A stretch of 64,000 nt of DNA, taken from Alphaproteobacteria bacterium. GTDB lineage: Bacteria > Pseudomonadota > Alphaproteobacteria > Rs-D84. The notes beneath the pieces are model-generated. The model was not told the origin of the DNA, searched no databases, and worked only from the letters and a program-made list of their open reading frames with translations. Numbering within the stretch: position 1 is the stretch's first letter; each line of letters begins with the position of its first letter. Shown here one piece after another: positions 27,496 to 36,453 of the stretch. Made by a program: the position numbers and the translations under genes. The stretch is taken from positions 25,103 to 89,102 of the forward strand of contig JBKSMS010000012.1 in NCBI GenBank assembly GCA_046881825.1. Direction: 5' to 3'.

Positions 27496-27912
27496 TTATT
27501 TAACTGTTGTTGTTGCGTTACGGTTATATTTCCAAACATCTTCACCAGTACCACGGACCAATGGACGTTCTTTACCGTAAGAGATTGTAGAGATACGAGA
27601 AGCATCTATACCATCGTTAACCAATACGCGCTTAGCAGCGTTTGCACGACGTGCACCCAATGCCAAGTTGTATTCTGTAGAACCACGTTCGTCGCAGTTA
27701 CCAGCGATTTGGATTTTAACATCTTCGTGGTTTTTCATATACAAAGATTGACCCAACAAGTTATCATTTGCTTCGTCAGAGATTTCTGAGGAATTGAAAG
27801 CAAAGAATACGCGTTGATCGTTTAAATCGGTTGGTTCAACAATACTGGAACCGCCGCAAGCCGCAAGCATACCAGCAACACCAGCCAATAAAGCAAAGTT
27901 TACTATTTTCAT
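27496..27912 (-). CDS. pal: Peptidoglycan-associated lipoprotein Pal (OmpA family)
   Basis: It has the lipobox MLAAC, then VFFAFNSSEI, GNCDERGSTEYNLALGARRA and YGKERP. Confidence 0.9.
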   Translation of the reverse strand: MKIVNFALLAGVAGMLAACGGSSIVEPTDLNDQRVFFAFNSSEISDEANDNLLGQSLYMKNHEDVKIQIAGNCDERGSTEYNLALGARRANAAKRVLVNDGIDASRISTISYGKERPLVRGTGEDVWKYNRNATTTVK

Positions 27913-27986
27913 GAAAATACTCCCTTGAGTTTTTGTTGCTCAAAGTGTATTTTATATCAATATTATCAAAAAATCAAGGAAAAAAC

Positions 27987-28733
27987 ATGAACAAAAGTGC
28001 GTTGAAAGATTTGAACCTGTCTGGTGTGCGTTGGGAATTGACTGAAAGCCCTTGGAAATCAGAGCATTTGCACAGCCCCGTTCAACAAACCTTTCAAACT
28101 AATCCTATAAAATCTGAGAAACCAATCATAGTGCCCCCAATAGCACCAATAACTTTGGACACTGTAAAATCAATGGTGACAAGACCAAGTGATATAGATT
28201 CACTGATTCGTATGGTTGGTGAATTTAATCACCCTTTGCGGGGTGGGGCAACAAATACTGTTTTGCCTAATATCGCGAAAAATCCAAATGGGTTGGTAAT
28301 TATAACAGATTTGCCAAGTACAGATGATGATTTATCCGGACATATTTTATCGGGAAATGCCGGTGAAATGACTGATAAAATGTTAAGCGCAGTTGGGATG
28401 AGTCGTGAAAATGTATCAATTATACCGCTTTTGTTTTGGCGAACCCCAGGGGGGCGCAGTCCTTCGCGAGAAGAGTTAGATTTATCCATGCCTTTTGTGA
28501 ATAAAATGCTGGAAATGCTGGCGCCACGCGTGATTATTACTTTTGGGACATTGGCAACCAATGAAATTGCTAAAATCAACCTGAACGAAGCGCACGGCAA
28601 CGAAATAACAGATGAAAAAGGCTGTGTGATAGTTCCGCTTTATCATCCAAATTACCTAATTTTAAAGCCCAGCGCAAAACGCGATGTCTGGAATGCTTTG
28701 CAAAACATCGAAAAATTGTTGAAAAATGCTTAA
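27987..28733 (+). CDS. Uracil-DNA glycosylase superfamily (family-4-like) protein with N-terminal extension
   Basis: SGNAGEMTDKMLSAVGMSRENVSIIPLLFWRTPGGRSPSREE and the C-terminal PLYHPNYL resemble family-4 UDG motifs. The usual GE(A/G)PG motif is replaced by TDLPS. Confidence 0.55.
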   Translation: MNKSALKDLNLSGVRWELTESPWKSEHLHSPVQQTFQTNPIKSEKPIIVPPIAPITLDTVKSMVTRPSDIDSLIRMVGEFNHPLRGGATNTVLPNIAKNPNGLVIITDLPSTDDDLSGHILSGNAGEMTDKMLSAVGMSRENVSIIPLLFWRTPGGRSPSREELDLSMPFVNKMLEMLAPRVIITFGTLATNEIAKINLNEAHGNEITDEKGCVIVPLYHPNYLILKPSAKRDVWNALQNIEKLLKNA

Positions 28734-28776
28734 AAATATTTAATAATTCACCCATAGCTATTAAAGGAGCATTACT

Positions 28777-29325
28777 ATTAAACCGAATAATAACAATGGC
28801 AAAGCCCGCGATATGGGTCCGCGTATAAACGAAAAAATATTTGCAAAAACTGTCCAAGTAATCAGCAATGATGGTCAAAATCTTGGCACAATGAATTTAT
28901 CCGATGCTTTGAACAGGGCATATGATTTGGGATTGGATTTGGTTGAAATAAACGCATCTGCAACCCCAGTGTTGGTCAAAATTATGGATTACGGCAAATA
29001 TAAATACGAACAGAAAAAACGCGCTAATGAAGCGCGCAAAAAGCAAAAAACAATCGAAATCAAAGAAGTTTGGGTAAAACCTTTTATCGAAGAAAATGAT
29101 TTAAACATCAAAATGAAAAAGGTTTTCGAATTCCTGGACGAAGGGAACAAGGTAAAAATTGCGGTTATGACGCATGGTAATAAAAAAGTATTGGCGCGTG
29201 GCCGTGATGCTGTTCCACAGTTGTTTGCTAATATTATTGAATTGATTGGTGACAAAGGAACACTGGAATCTAAATCTAAACCAGATGACAGGACAAAATC
29301 AATTATAATTGCACCTGCAAAATAA
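28777..29325 (+). CDS. infC: Translation initiation factor IF-3, probable AUU start
   Basis: RINEKIFAKTVQVISNDGQNLG and KEVWVKPFIEENDLNIKMKK are IF-3 motifs. An in-frame ATT at 28777 lies 7 nt after AAAGGAG (28763-28769). The first ATG is at 28813. Confidence 0.85.
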   Translation: MKPNNNNGKARDMGPRINEKIFAKTVQVISNDGQNLGTMNLSDALNRAYDLGLDLVEINASATPVLVKIMDYGKYKYEQKKRANEARKKQKTIEIKEVWVKPFIEENDLNIKMKKVFEFLDEGNKVKIAVMTHGNKKVLARGRDAVPQLFANIIELIGDKGTLESKSKPDDRTKSIIIAPAK

Positions 29326-29328
29326 TCA

Positions 29329-29352
29329 CACCGGCAAACGCCGGTGTTTTTT
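29329..29352 (+). terminator. Rho-independent terminator (CACCGGCAAACGCCGGTG + T6)
   Basis: The hairpin plus T-run sits 4 nt after the infC stop. Confidence 0.8.
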
Positions 29353-29423
29353 ATATCGTTTATTTGTTGCAAATAATGATTTTATGCTGTATCTTTTAAG
29401 GACAAAAAACAAAAGGATTTTTC

Positions 29424-29627
29424 ATGGATACCAGCAAACTTTCATTCGAAGAAGCTTATAAACAATTAACCGAATTGGTGCAAAAAATGGAAAGTGGCGA
29501 AATGCCTTTGGCTGATTCTGTTGCTGCTTATGAAAAAGGTATAAAATTAAAGGCTTATTGCGAACAGTTGTTAAAAGAAGCTGAATTAAAAATCGAAACT
29601 TTGAAAGTGTCGAATACTGGGGAATAA
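29424..29627 (+). CDS. xseB: Exodeoxyribonuclease VII small subunit
   Basis: SFEEAYKQLTELVQKMESGEMPLADSVAAYEKGIKL is typical of the family, and the size is 67 aa. Confidence 0.88.
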   Translation: MDTSKLSFEEAYKQLTELVQKMESGEMPLADSVAAYEKGIKLKAYCEQLLKEAELKIETLKVSNTGE

Positions 29628-29628
29628 A

Positions 29629-32142
29629 ATGGCTGAAAAAAATAAACTTTCGCCTGTTATGCAACAATATGTTGATATGAAGGCGGAAAATCCCGAAGCT
29701 CTTTTGCTTTTTCGGCTGGGCGATTTTTATGAGGCTTTCTTTGAAGACGCAAAAACAGTCAGCGAAGTATTAAGTTTGGTTTTAACAAAACGCGGCACAG
29801 ATGGTTTTGGTGCAGATGTTCCTATGTGTGGGATTCCGTGGCATGCAGCCGATAATTATTTTGGCAGATTGGTGCGTTCAGGATTTAAAGTCGCACTGGT
29901 TGAACAAATGGAAACACCACAGCAGGCTAAACAACGCGGACATAAATTTATTGAAAGAAAAGTTGTTCGTGTTTTAACACCTGGGACATTGACAGACGAC
30001 AATTTATTAACACCAAATAAATCTAATTTTTTGGTTTCTATCGTCCCGATATCTGGCGCAAAATTTGATATTGCAGGATGCGATATTTCAACAGGTGAAT
30101 TTTTTATTGGCGAAAGTGATTGTATCGTTGATGACATGACACGCATAAATCCGGCAGAAATTATTTACCCAGAACAAAATGCCGAACATCAAATTATAAA
30201 AAATTTACGGGAAATTTATAAAACCACCCCAGTATACGAAAAACTTTATTTGCGGTCTGATATAAATGTTATTGTATCGCATGTATTCGGCGGAAATGTT
30301 CGTTCAGACAATGTTTCTGATGTTTCTGCAATACGATTATTGGCGGGATATTTATTTAACACACAGCGCGGTGCAAATGTGTCTTTTCGTGCCCCATACG
30401 CATTTAAATCTGGTCGGCAATTATTGATTGATTCTTCAACTTGGAAAAGTCTTGAAATAGATGCACCATTAAACGATGGTGGAACATGTTTGTTATATGT
30501 TATCGATAAAACAAAAACAGCCGTTGGCGCACGAAAATTGCGTTCTTATTTACGTGTTTTGCCGGGGGACAAAGGTGTTATTTTATCCCGACAAACTCAT
30601 ATCGGACATTTTTTGACTAATCATTCTTTGATGGCAGAAACAAGCGATATTTTATCGCGCATTCCTGATGTAAATCGTGCTGTATCACGATTATTGTCTG
30701 GGCGCGGAATGCCACGCGATTTGCGCAATGTTTATGAATTTTTATCTGTTCTTGATTCTGTAAAAAATATCGGAAAAAAATTAGATACAGAATTGGCGGC
30801 CAAATTTTCAAACATAGATACGCATGATACATTAGCAACTGAATTAGCGCGTGCATTAAACGATGAATTACCTTCTTTTTTCAGGGATGGAAATGTTATA
30901 AAACGCGGATTTGATATATCTTTGGACAATATGCGCGATTTATCAAATGGCGCAATTGAAACTATTGCTGGCCTGCAGGCAGAATACATAAATCAGACAG
31001 GCGTTAACACTCTTAAAATAAAATACAATAATGTTCTGGGGTATTTTATCGAAGTTCCATCCAGCAAAGCAGATATATTAATGGCACCTGAATCTGGATT
31101 TATACATCGTCAAACTATGGCGGGGAATATGCGATTCACAACATCAAAATTAATTGATTTGGATAATGATATTCGCAGTGCTTCTGAAAAAGCAGCCGCT
31201 ATTGAAAATGAAATCATCGATAAATTCATTGAAAAAGTTCGTGATATATCAAACGATTTGATGAATACCGCAGATTTAATCGCAGACATCGATGTTTGGT
31301 TGTCTCTGGCAGAATGTGCTGACCTGTATTCTTGGGTTCGTCCAAACATTACAGAAAATGCCGAATTCAACATTGTTGGTGGGCGTCATCCCGTAATTGA
31401 ATATGTTCTGCGTGGCAAAGGTGGAAATTTTGTTAAAAACGATTGCGATTTAAAAGAAAAACCTGTCGCATTATTGACTGGACCTAATATGGCTGGTAAA
31501 TCGACATATTTGCGTCAGAACGCGATTTTGGTTGTTCTGGCGCATCTTGGGTCATTTGTCCCAGCAACCGAAGCCACAATTGGAATTTGCGATCAATTAT
31601 TTTCACGTGTCGGCGCATCAGACAATCTGGCGGCAGGACAATCTACTTTCATGGTAGAAATGGTTGAAACCGCGAACATTTTAAATCGTGCAACAAAACA
31701 ATCTTTTATAATCTTTGATGAAATAGGGCGGGGGACTTCGACTTTTGATGGTATGGCTATTGCCCAGGCTGTATTGGAATACCTTAATAATTTGGGTCCA
31801 CGAACACTGTTTGCGACACATTATCACGAATTAACACGATTGGTTGATGACGAAAAACTGAACAATGTATCGTGTTTAACTATTGATGTCCGCGAACACA
31901 ATAATGACATAGTCTTTTTACACAAGATTATACCAGGTGTTGCGAATCGCTCTTATGGTATTGCAGTGGCAAAAATGGCTGGTATGCCGGAAAACATAGT
32001 CGCACGCGCTGAACAGGTTTTATCAAATCTGGAATCGTGCGATAAAGACACACAACCTGTTGCAAAAGCGATGGAAAAAACTTCGGTTAAACCTGTTGTT
32101 GAAGAACCTAAACCAAAATCACAATTATCATTATTTGGATAA
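29629..32142 (+). CDS. mutS: DNA mismatch repair protein MutS
   Basis: PVMQQYVDMK, GDFYEAFFEDA, Walker A TGPNMAGKSTYLRQ, STFMVEM and DEIGRGTSTFDG are present. Confidence 0.97.
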   Translation: MAEKNKLSPVMQQYVDMKAENPEALLLFRLGDFYEAFFEDAKTVSEVLSLVLTKRGTDGFGADVPMCGIPWHAADNYFGRLVRSGFKVALVEQMETPQQAKQRGHKFIERKVVRVLTPGTLTDDNLLTPNKSNFLVSIVPISGAKFDIAGCDISTGEFFIGESDCIVDDMTRINPAEIIYPEQNAEHQIIKNLREIYKTTPVYEKLYLRSDINVIVSHVFGGNVRSDNVSDVSAIRLLAGYLFNTQRGANVSFRAPYAFKSGRQLLIDSSTWKSLEIDAPLNDGGTCLLYVIDKTKTAVGARKLRSYLRVLPGDKGVILSRQTHIGHFLTNHSLMAETSDILSRIPDVNRAVSRLLSGRGMPRDLRNVYEFLSVLDSVKNIGKKLDTELAAKFSNIDTHDTLATELARALNDELPSFFRDGNVIKRGFDISLDNMRDLSNGAIETIAGLQAEYINQTGVNTLKIKYNNVLGYFIEVPSSKADILMAPESGFIHRQTMAGNMRFTTSKLIDLDNDIRSASEKAAAIENEIIDKFIEKVRDISNDLMNTADLIADIDVWLSLAECADLYSWVRPNITENAEFNIVGGRHPVIEYVLRGKGGNFVKNDCDLKEKPVALLTGPNMAGKSTYLRQNAILVVLAHLGSFVPATEATIGICDQLFSRVGASDNLAAGQSTFMVEMVETANILNRATKQSFIIFDEIGRGTSTFDGMAIAQAVLEYLNNLGPRTLFATHYHELTRLVDDEKLNNVSCLTIDVREHNNDIVFLHKIIPGVANRSYGIAVAKMAGMPENIVARAEQVLSNLESCDKDTQPVAKAMEKTSVKPVVEEPKPKSQLSLFG

Positions 32143-32144
32143 AG

Positions 32145-33014
32145 ATGAACGGAATAATAATCTTGGACAAAGAAAGTGGTGTATACAGCAGAAATGCTGG
32201 CGCACGCGTTGCGCGCATGTTCGGCGAAAAAAAGTTTGGACACATTGGAACATTAGACCCAATGGCAACAGGGGTATTGCCGATTGCGATTGGAAACGCT
32301 ACAAAAATGATTCCATACATCGAAGAAGAAAATGAAAACAGAAAAGAATATTTATTTGGTCTGCGGTTCGGTATAGAAACAGATTCTTTGGATATAACCG
32401 GAAAAACAATAAATACAAACGACATTATTCCAAACGACAAAGATATCATCGCGGCTTGTGAAAAAATTCGTAAAAACACAACACAGATTCCACCGGCTTT
32501 CTCTGCGGTGCATATAGATGGCAAGCGCGCATATGAATTGGCGCGAATCGGCAAAAGTATTGAATTAAAACCGCGCACCATAACTATTCATGAATTGGAA
32601 TATACCGGGAAAAGCGACAATGAATACAATTTTCGTGTTATTTGTTCACGCGGAACTTATGTTCGCTCGCTCGTGCGCGATATTGCAAAAATGTGTGATG
32701 CGATTGCGACAACAACTTATATACGGCGAACACTTACCAATGGATTTGAAATAAAAAACGCGCTGACACTTGATTTTTTGGAAAATCTGGTTAATAATGG
32801 GGGCGATATCAAAGAATATTTGATGTCATCAGATTGTGCACTGGGGGACATTCCGGTAATCAATCTGAACCGTAAAGACACTGAATTTTATAAAAACGGT
32901 GGCTTTATAAAAACCGATGTAAATGCCGGATTTGTTCGTGTTTATTCTGGTAAAGACTTTATTGGAATAGGGCGCGTTGAAAACGGAATTTTACATCCAA
33001 AACGAACACTTTAA
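32145..33014 (+). CDS. truB: tRNA pseudouridine-55 synthase
   Basis: GHIGTLDPMATGVLPIAIG contains the catalytic Asp motif, and AVHIDGKRAYELAR is present. Confidence 0.93.
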   Translation: MNGIIILDKESGVYSRNAGARVARMFGEKKFGHIGTLDPMATGVLPIAIGNATKMIPYIEEENENRKEYLFGLRFGIETDSLDITGKTINTNDIIPNDKDIIAACEKIRKNTTQIPPAFSAVHIDGKRAYELARIGKSIELKPRTITIHELEYTGKSDNEYNFRVICSRGTYVRSLVRDIAKMCDAIATTTYIRRTLTNGFEIKNALTLDFLENLVNNGGDIKEYLMSSDCALGDIPVINLNRKDTEFYKNGGFIKTDVNAGFVRVYSGKDFIGIGRVENGILHPKRTL

Positions 33015-33032
33015 AAACATAAGGATTAAATA

Positions 33033-33305
33033 ATGTCCATAACAAAAGAAAAGAAAAGCGAATTGGTCGCTCAATTCAAAACCAGCGAAAAAGACAATGG
33101 CGGTTCTGCTGCATCCCAGGTTGCAGTTTTAACAGAACGCATTCGCAATTTAACAGAACATATGAAAAACAACCACAAAGACGAACATTCTAAACGCGGA
33201 TTGTTATTGATGGTTAACCGCCGCAAGAAATTATTGGCGTACATCAAAAATCGTAATGTTTCTGAATACGAAGAACTGATTAAAAAATTAGGTCTGCGTA
33301 AATAA
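33033..33305 (+). CDS. rpsO: 30S ribosomal protein S15
   Basis: [47 protein letters not shown] is typical of S15. Confidence 0.95.
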   Translation: MSITKEKKSELVAQFKTSEKDNGGSAASQVAVLTERIRNLTEHMKNNHKDEHSKRGLLLMVNRRKKLLAYIKNRNVSEYEELIKKLGLRK

Positions 33306-33308
33306 GAT

Positions 33309-33335
33309 AAAAACCGGCATTTGCCGGTTTTTTTT
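33309..33335. terminator. Bidirectional terminator (ACCGGCATTTGCCGGT + T8)
   Basis: A hairpin with flanking A- and T-runs lies between rpsO and the convergent 33374 gene. Confidence 0.8.
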
Positions 33336-33373
33336 ATTCTTCATCTTCTTCTGTTCTGTGACATGATAGTAAA

Positions 33374-33931
33374 CTATTTGACCGCCCCTGGTACATTGGT
33401 TGATTTGACTGATTTTTCATTACATAAATTACCATTACCATCTAAACAATAAACCATAACTTTGTTACCATTTGTAGAAATTTTTGGTTCGCAACCTTCT
33501 GGGCATTCAATATTCACAAAACCAGAACTAACTTTTGTTATTGATCCTGGTTCAACACTGACTGGTTCATACACAATCTTTTTTACCATACGCGGTGTTT
33601 CCGCGCTACGTGCAGAAACTTTTTTTGATTTTTTTGCATTTACTTTGTCTGTTTTATTTGGTTTTAAAGCGGTCGGATTACCCACTGGTGTTACAGGTGA
33701 AATCGCATTATCAGCCTCAATATTTACACTAGGGTCATCACATATTTTACCTTCTGGTGTACGGCACTCAGCCATTGTGAAACTGCCACCATGCGCAAAA
33801 TGAAGCTCGCATCCAGCAGGACAAGTATAAGTAACTACCACATCTTCAGATTGAACAGCACCAGCATTATTTATACCATTAATCAATGAAAGGCACCCCG
33901 CCATCGAAAAAATTAAAAACACTTTTTTCAT
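33374..33931 (-). CDS. Secreted (possibly lipo-) cysteine-rich protein with two CPxGCE modules
   Basis: The signal peptide has MAGC. The two modules are TYTCPAGCELHF...C...C and NIECPEGCEPKI...C...C. The central region is basic, and KVSARSAETPRMVKKIVYEP is shared with the neighbour. Confidence 0.55.
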   Translation of the reverse strand: MKKVFLIFSMAGCLSLINGINNAGAVQSEDVVVTYTCPAGCELHFAHGGSFTMAECRTPEGKICDDPSVNIEADNAISPVTPVGNPTALKPNKTDKVNAKKSKKVSARSAETPRMVKKIVYEPVSVEPGSITKVSSGFVNIECPEGCEPKISTNGNKVMVYCLDGNGNLCNEKSVKSTNVPGAVK

Positions 33932-33964
33932 TTTTTACTCCTTTTTGTATTAATTTTGTTTCAA

Positions 33965-34345
33965 TTATTCCATATAGTCATCGGAAATGATTTCTTCGTA
34001 AACAATCTTTTTTACCATTTTTGGCATTTCCGCGGCACGTGCTGAAACCTTGTTCACTTTTTTTGCGTTTTTTATTGCTGCTTGATTTAAAGTGCTCTGA
34101 CTCATTACTCGTTGTATTTCACTGGGTGACGGAGTGAGATCTTCCGTCGATACGTTTGGGTCTGTCACAGTGCCGTCTGAACATTTGCATCCCGCTACTG
34201 TAGTTCCATTTTGAAGGATATGCGTGGAAAGCTCACATCCATCAGGACAAGTATAAGTAACAATGACAGTCTGTGAACTGACCGCATACCCATTTGTTGC
34301 AGTTAGACCTGCAATCAGTCCCATGATTAAAAAAGTTTTTTTCAT
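33965..34345 (-). CDS. Secreted cysteine-rich protein, single-module paralog of the 33374-33931 protein
   Basis: The signal peptide is MKKTFLIMGLIAGLTATNGYA. TYTCPDGCELST...GCKC is the module. KVSARAAEMPKMVKKIVYEE matches the neighbour. Confidence 0.55.
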   Translation of the reverse strand: MKKTFLIMGLIAGLTATNGYAVSSQTVIVTYTCPDGCELSTHILQNGTTVAGCKCSDGTVTDPNVSTEDLTPSPSEIQRVMSQSTLNQAAIKNAKKVNKVSARAAEMPKMVKKIVYEEIISDDYME

Positions 34346-34368
34346 AATGTTTCTCCCTTTTTTATATT

Positions 34369-34445
34369 ATTCTGCCCCATTGGGGAAGTGTCACCGAAGG
34401 TGACGAAGGGGGTTCAACACCCCATCGGAAAAACTCTTTCCGACA
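34369..34445. repeat. G+C-rich multi-hairpin element (copy 2)
   Basis: ATTCTGCCCC-ATT-GGGGAAGTGTCACCGAAGGTGACGAAGGGGGT is followed by GGGGTTCAACACCCC and CGGAAA..TTTCCG hairpins. It lies 24 nt 5' of the 34345 start codon. Confidence 0.7.
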
Positions 34446-34489
34446 CAGAGTATTTTATCATAAAAAAGCATATAAACGAAGCAAAAAAT

Positions 34490-35707
34490 TTATTCATACC
34501 TTAAACTGTCTATGGGGTTTAATTTGGCGGCTTTGATTGCCGGCATTACACCAGATGCCAGACCAACCACAATCGCGACCCCCATTGATAATATTACCGG
34601 CCAAATTGAAAAAGGAACATCATAACCAAGTATAAATCGTCCAACGCCTTGGGATAACAAAACACCCAAAACCAATCCAACCATAGAACCAATAAAAGAT
34701 ATCATTATCGATTCTGATAAAAATTGAATTATTATCACGCGTTCGCGCGCACCGATAGCTTTGCGAATACCAATTTCACGCGTGCGTTCTGCAACAGATG
34801 TCAACATCATATTCATAATTCCAATAGAACCAACCAATAATGATACTGCTGCAATCGCTATCAACAGCAATTTAAGATAACCCGTCACAGTATCCATCGT
34901 TTCCATAATCTGTTTCATGTCTGTAATTTGAAAATCGTCTTCGTCCATATCTTTGATTCTGTGTCGTTGACGCAGCAGAGATGTTAATTGTTCAATTACA
35001 ACATTGTTATCTGCATCGGGGAAAATTTTTAATGCTATCATCGTAACCGCATCTGGAAATTTAGAACCTTGCAGGCGTTTTTTCAATGTTGTGACGGGAA
35101 TAATTATCATATCGTCTTGGGAACCAAAAGCAGAATCACCACGCGCTTTCATTACACCAATTACTACAAAAGGCATGTTTTGAATTCTTATAGTTTCACC
35201 AACTGGATTTTCTGGCAACCCTAATTCTGTTGCTGTATCGGGGCCAATAACTGCATAAGTTGCCGCATTCTTTACAGCCGTATCGTCAAAGAAAGTCCCA
35301 TATTCAACTTCTATATCCTGTATGGCTGCATAATCAGGATACGCCCCCAACATCATCGTAGACCAATTTTTATTTCCGTAAATAACCTGTGCATTACCCA
35401 TCTGTGCCGGGGTTATCGCCATTACATCTGGTAATCTTTTGATTTGTTCTGCATCTGTTATGGTCAGTGTTTGCTTGTTCCCAGTTCTGACACCGCCCGT
35501 GCGCGCCGCACCTGCACGAATTACTATTGTGTTTGTGCCAAGTGATGAAAATTGGTCTGTGATTGATTTTTGAACAGTTTCACCCACAGCAACCATTATC
35601 ACCACTGCCATTACACCAATAATGATGCCCAGAACGGTCAGGAACGACCTTAACTTGTTTCCGCTTATCGATATCCAAGATTCTTTTAAAATGTCGCCCA
35701 GTGTCAT
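34490..35707 (-). CDS. ABC transporter permease, MacB/FtsX-like
   Basis: An N-terminal TM, a large periplasmic domain and a C-terminal FtsX-type 3-TM bundle are present (ERTREIGIRKAIGA). Confidence 0.85.
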   Translation of the reverse strand: MTLGDILKESWISISGNKLRSFLTVLGIIIGVMAVVIMVAVGETVQKSITDQFSSLGTNTIVIRAGAARTGGVRTGNKQTLTITDAEQIKRLPDVMAITPAQMGNAQVIYGNKNWSTMMLGAYPDYAAIQDIEVEYGTFFDDTAVKNAATYAVIGPDTATELGLPENPVGETIRIQNMPFVVIGVMKARGDSAFGSQDDMIIIPVTTLKKRLQGSKFPDAVTMIALKIFPDADNNVVIEQLTSLLRQRHRIKDMDEDDFQITDMKQIMETMDTVTGYLKLLLIAIAAVSLLVGSIGIMNMMLTSVAERTREIGIRKAIGARERVIIIQFLSESIMISFIGSMVGLVLGVLLSQGVGRFILGYDVPFSIWPVILSMGVAIVVGLASGVMPAIKAAKLNPIDSLRYE

Positions 35708-36453
35708 TTTTTATGCCGTTTTTCAGATTTTAATAATACTGTTTCACTTTTGGGAATTTTCCCATCGTATGTGATGCGTCCGTCATAGATATGAATGACG
35801 CGATGTGCAAATTTTGCTATTTCAAATTCATGAGTAATCATGATAATAGTTATCCCCATGTCTTTATTTAACTTTTCAAAAAATCTTAATACTTCTGTCC
35901 CCATCTTGGAATCAAGCGACCCAGTTGGTTCATCTGCCAGAATCAATTTAGGATTTCCAGCCAATGCACGCGCAATAGCAACTCTTTGCTTCATACCACC
36001 TGATAATTGTGTTGGTAAATATGCTTCAAAATTTTCCAGATTCACAAGTTTCAACATTTCGCGCGCACGAATAATTCTGTCGTTCATAACCCACCCACGA
36101 TACATCAACGGCAACATAACATTGTCCAAAATAGTTCGTTTGGGTAATAAATTAAAATTTTGAAAAACAAAACCAATATGTTCATTTCGAACAATTGCTA
36201 AATCATCAGCCGTCATTGTTGTTATGTCTTTGCCGTATAATTCATATGTTCCGCTGGTTGCAGAATCAAGTGCGCCGACAATATTCATACAAGTTGATTT
36301 TCCCGAACCACTAGGCCCCATAATCGCAACAAATTCACCAGGATTTATTGTAAAAGTTATATCGAATAAAACCTGTTGAATGCCACCTATGGCAATCGGG
36401 AAACTTTTGCAAATTTTATCCATAACAATAATCGGTGTTTTATCTTTCATCAC
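35704..36453 (-). CDS. ABC transporter ATP-binding protein (MacB/LolD-like)
   Basis: Walker A GPSGSGKST, the signature LSGGMKQRVAIARAL and Walker B LILADEPTGSLD are present. Confidence 0.92.
   Translation of the reverse strand: MMKDKTPIIVMDKICKSFPIAIGGIQQVLFDITFTINPGEFVAIMGPSGSGKSTCMNIVGALDSATSGTYELYGKDITTMTADDLAIVRNEHIGFVFQNFNLLPKRTILDNVMLPLMYRGWVMNDRIIRAREMLKLVNLENFEAYLPTQLSGGMKQRVAIARALAGNPKLILADEPTGSLDSKMGTEVLRFFEKLNKDMGITIIMITHEFEIAKFAHRVIHIYDGRITYDGKIPKSETVLLKSEKRHKK

Noticed and set aside
32108-32581. 157-aa ORF antisense to the mutS end and truB
   Set aside because: It is fully overlapped by two high-confidence genes on the other strand, and no motif was found.
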